DNA of 63,874 nt, counting the filler. It is 5 parts of 5 records of this genome, joined end to end, with 100 filler letters (N's around TTAATTAATTAA, not from the genome) between each part and the next. Parts side by side here need not be neighbours in the genome. Positions count along the whole stretch, not along the records: positions 58,705 to 63,874 come from SRR31156797_14767; 4 more parts are not named here. The stretch is one strand, 5' to 3'. Position numbers and translations under genes: made by a program. A model generated the notes under the pieces. That model was not told the DNA's origin. It was given only the letters and a program-made list of their open reading frames with translations, and did not search any database. Of this stretch, positions 61,118 to 63,874 are shown one piece after another. Within the stretch, counting starts at the first letter, position 1. Every line of letters starts with the position of its first letter.

Positions 61118-61269
61118 ATTTTTTCTGCGCGGCTTTGTTTTGTAGGCTTTAGATATAACTGGGCGGCGTCAGGACCATATCGCTGGGCCCTGCGCGGTGA
61201 TAAGGGACTGTCCGTCGAAGTCCGCATAAACACGCAATCGGGGGTGTGGTATTTTGAGAAAGACGCATT

Positions 61270-61983
61270 GTGATCTCGACGCTTGATAGAGCAATCAGTG
61301 AGTCTCCGGTCTGGGCTCTGTTTATCGTGTTCTGGATCGGGGCGATCGCATCGTTGAGTTCGTGCACGGTGATTCGCCTACCGATCGTGATGGGCTGCGC
61401 GGGCGGTCCAGGCACCTCAAAGAAACGCGGCGTCGCTCTGACGATCCTCTTTTCTTTGGGCTTGGTCATCAGCTACGTCCTGCTGGGATCGATTACGGCG
61501 TTTACCGGTGGGGTGATCCACAAGGTTCTGGTTCTGAACAAGTACCTCTTCTGGATCCTGGGGATTGCCTTGTTCGGCGCCGGGATATGGATCTCAGGCC
61601 TAACGAGTCTGCGTGCGTCATGCGATCAGTTGCAGGGCATCGGGGACCGCTTGCAGAAGAAAGGGGCGGTACGAACGCTCCTCCTGGGGATCTTCTTTGG
61701 CTTGCTGGAGACCCCGGCTTGCCCCTGCTGTGGCGCCGGGCTCCTCGTCCTGGCGGGGGTCGTGGTGGCCAAGAACCTGTCGTATTTCGGGCTGTTGGTA
61801 TTCGCGAGTTTCGCCTTGGGCCAAAGCGTCCCCGTACTGGCGATTGGTATTGTGACAGGCTTGGTGAAACCCGATTTGATCCGTCGAGTGCGAACACGCG
61901 TGTGTTCGATCGAACAGAAAATGCAGTTGATCGCTGGCAACGTGCTGATGGTCCTCGGCATCTACCTCATTGTTGTCGGTTAA
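61270..61983 (+). CDS. Cytochrome c biogenesis CcdA / DsbD-type transmembrane thiol transporter
   Basis: About 6 TM helices; SLSSCT...LP and TPACPCCG Cys motifs; FSLG, FALG. Confidence 0.75.
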   Translation: MISTLDRAISESPVWALFIVFWIGAIASLSSCTVIRLPIVMGCAGGPGTSKKRGVALTILFSLGLVISYVLLGSITAFTGGVIHKVLVLNKYLFWILGIALFGAGIWISGLTSLRASCDQLQGIGDRLQKKGAVRTLLLGIFFGLLETPACPCCGAGLLVLAGVVVAKNLSYFGLLVFASFALGQSVPVLAIGIVTGLVKPDLIRRVRTRVCSIEQKMQLIAGNVLMVLGIYLIVVG

Positions 61984-61993
61984 CAGGTGTCTT

Positions 61994-62602
61994 ATGGACA
62001 ACGGGCAGATTGTCTACTCGAAGCGTCGCGAGCGTGAGCATGCGGTCAAAGAACTCGTGGCCAAGGGGTCATATAGTGTCATCATCGTCGTGGTGGCCTT
62101 GATCGTGATACGGCCGCTGATGGTCAAGCAACTGCTCAATCGCGCCAGTGCGTATTCCGCCTTTGGGCTGTACGACGAATCCAAGCGCCAATGCGACAAA
62201 GTCCTGTTGCTGGACAGCGACAACAGCCAGGCATGGTACAATCTGGCCCGCATCTACAAGATTCAGGACCATTTCGATCTGGCGTTCGGATCTTACCTGA
62301 AGGCGACCGAGATGGATCCTGGCAACATTCCCGCCCAGTTCGAACTTGGGATGATGTACGTGCGCGACGGCCGACATCAGCAGGCGATTCCACACTTCGA
62401 TCAGGTGCGTCGACACCGCCCGGACTCGACGCCTTCGTCATCAAAGGCGGCCTTTCCCTATCACAAATCGTCTCTGGACATGTTGCTTCTGTGCTACGAG
62501 AAGGCGGGCGATCCTGGCAAGGTGGAATTCACCCGTGAGGAGATGCGGGTCTTTTATCCTCACCACACACCGTCGGGCGGCGGTGCGGCCCAATTGAACT
62601 AA
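61994..62602 (+). CDS. Membrane-anchored TPR protein
   Basis: N-terminal TM helix; TPRs (AWYNLARIY, AQFELGMMY). Confidence 0.8.
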   Translation: MDNGQIVYSKRREREHAVKELVAKGSYSVIIVVVALIVIRPLMVKQLLNRASAYSAFGLYDESKRQCDKVLLLDSDNSQAWYNLARIYKIQDHFDLAFGSYLKATEMDPGNIPAQFELGMMYVRDGRHQQAIPHFDQVRRHRPDSTPSSSKAAFPYHKSSLDMLLLCYEKAGDPGKVEFTREEMRVFYPHHTPSGGGAAQLN

Positions 62603-62891
62603 CGTCTGAGCGAGTGCCTGAGGTTCCGGGCGCGACAGGCACCCACGTCTCCCAACGGCCTCCGGTCACGCTGTGCCGGCGCCCCGCAGTTTCTCTGCGC
62701 GTTCCCCCACGATATCTTGATTCTTCCTGTTTTGCCCGGGAAAGCCGTTGCGTCTGCACCGTTGCCGGATACACTCTGCGTTGGGGTCACGTGACCTGAG
62801 AGGGTCGCAGCCCTCTTGCGGCCGGCAGGACCCTCGTTCACCTGTACGGACGCGATCGGGCAACGAGCGGTTTGGAAAGGACTTCTGGACA

Positions 62892-63869
62892 ATGCAGGTT
62901 CTCACAACACTGTCGGAATTTGGACAGGTTCGCAAAGGCAGTGTGCTGACGATTGGAAACTTCGACGGGGTCCACATGGGGCATCGAGAGATTCTCCAGA
63001 AGGCCCGAAGTTTGGCGCAGGACCGTCACACCGAAATGGTTGTGATGACCTTCGAGCCTCATCCCGTGGCGGTTCTGCACCCGGAAAAGGCGCCGGGCGT
63101 GTTGACGCCGTTGCCTCTGAAGCTACACCTATTGCGCGAATACGCCGACGATTGCATCATCGTTCTGCAGGACAACCAGGAGCTGCTGAGTTTGGTCCCT
63201 GAGGATTTCGTCGACAAGTTTCTGATGGCCAGCATCGCACCGGGGGTAATCGTCGAGGGGGACGACTTCCATTTCGGAGCTCAGCGGGCCGGCGACGTGG
63301 GCACGCTCCGCGAGTTTGGTGCTCAAAAAGGTTTCGACGTGGTGGTGGTACCGCCCAAACAGATCGAATTGCCCACCGGTCAGCTGCTGCGCGTCTCAAG
63401 CACGGTGGTTCGCTATATGCTCGAAGCCGGCCACGTCGCCGAGGCGGCCACCGCGCTGTCACGTCCCTACCGTCTCATGGGACCGATTGTCTCAGGCTGG
63501 GGGCGGGGCCGGAAGCTCGGCTTTCCAACACTGAACATGGGCAAGCCCGAGCAGATCATTCCGGCCGAGGGCGTTTATGTCGGGTCTGTAGAACTGGCAG
63601 AGAGCCATGCGGCCCTCCTCGGGAAGACCGAGCGTTTCCCGGCGGTGTTCAGCATTGGCGAGGCTCGAACCTTTGGCGATCAGTACCCACTGTTGATTGA
63701 GGCTCATCTGCTCGATAGGACCGTGCCGGATATGGAAGGCCATTGGATGGCGATGGACTTCATCCGCCATCTACGTCATCAGCATAAGTTTGGCAGTTCG
63801 GAAGCACTGGTGAAACAAATTGAAAAGGATTGTCAGCAGGCCAGGGGCGTGCTGAAGGAACTCTCGTAA
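62892..63869 (+). CDS. ribF: Bifunctional riboflavin kinase / FAD synthetase
   Basis: IGNFDGVHMGH, TFEPHP, GDDFHFG, VSST.VR, GRKLGFPTLN, IEAH; start at Met 62892. Confidence 0.96.
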   Translation: MQVLTTLSEFGQVRKGSVLTIGNFDGVHMGHREILQKARSLAQDRHTEMVVMTFEPHPVAVLHPEKAPGVLTPLPLKLHLLREYADDCIIVLQDNQELLSLVPEDFVDKFLMASIAPGVIVEGDDFHFGAQRAGDVGTLREFGAQKGFDVVVVPPKQIELPTGQLLRVSSTVVRYMLEAGHVAEAATALSRPYRLMGPIVSGWGRGRKLGFPTLNMGKPEQIIPAEGVYVGSVELAESHAALLGKTERFPAVFSIGEARTFGDQYPLLIEAHLLDRTVPDMEGHWMAMDFIRHLRHQHKFGSSEALVKQIEKDCQQARGVLKELS

Positions 63870-63874
63870 GGAGA

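Noticed and set aside
1-63874. CRISPR arrays, cas genes, prophage, rRNA
   Set aside because: No regularly spaced 25-45 nt direct repeats and no recognisable cas, phage or rRNA sequence were seen by eye

Overview
This window is not one locus. It is five unrelated contigs joined by artificial 100-nt spacers (N-run + TTAATTAATTAA + N-run) at 29910-30009, 42264-42363, 49172-49271 and 58605-58704. Taxon labels below are inferred from GC content, gene content and promoter motifs. (A) 1-29909, AT-rich Bacteroidota: partial tRNA-Gln, two DUF2723/TMEM260-like glycosyltransferases, tyrS, three small beta-barrel OMPs, a carbamoyltransferase, purD, a DPP-IV peptidase, korAB, the murI-skp x3-bamA-uppS block and partial kbl. 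(B) 30010-42263, Desulfobacterota-like: a hybrid kinase, a likely sigma-54-driven ferredoxin-gltA-gnd-zwf run, and a sensory-type group 2 [NiFe]-hydrogenase followed by a PAS histidine kinase and a single-domain response regulator. (C) 42364-49171, Planctomycetota-like: PEP-CTERM proteins, bamA, REP-like hairpins and an IS200/RAYT-like transposase fragment missing from the ORF track. (D) 49272-58604, Desulfovibrionaceae-like housekeeping genes: partial tRNA-Tyr, rpoH, metH, hpt. (E) 58705-63874, Planctomycetota-like. This contig holds the best candidate for an undescribed system: a palindromic operator, then His-rich permease -> Fur-family regulator -> small TM/His/CxxC protein ending in the ribosome-arrest motif RAPP. 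After that come an intergenic RNA with mutually exclusive SD-sequestering and SD-freeing hairpins and a secreted His-tipped protein, suggesting two-layer (transcriptional plus ribosome-stalling) metal-responsive control. No CRISPR array, rRNA or prophage was seen.
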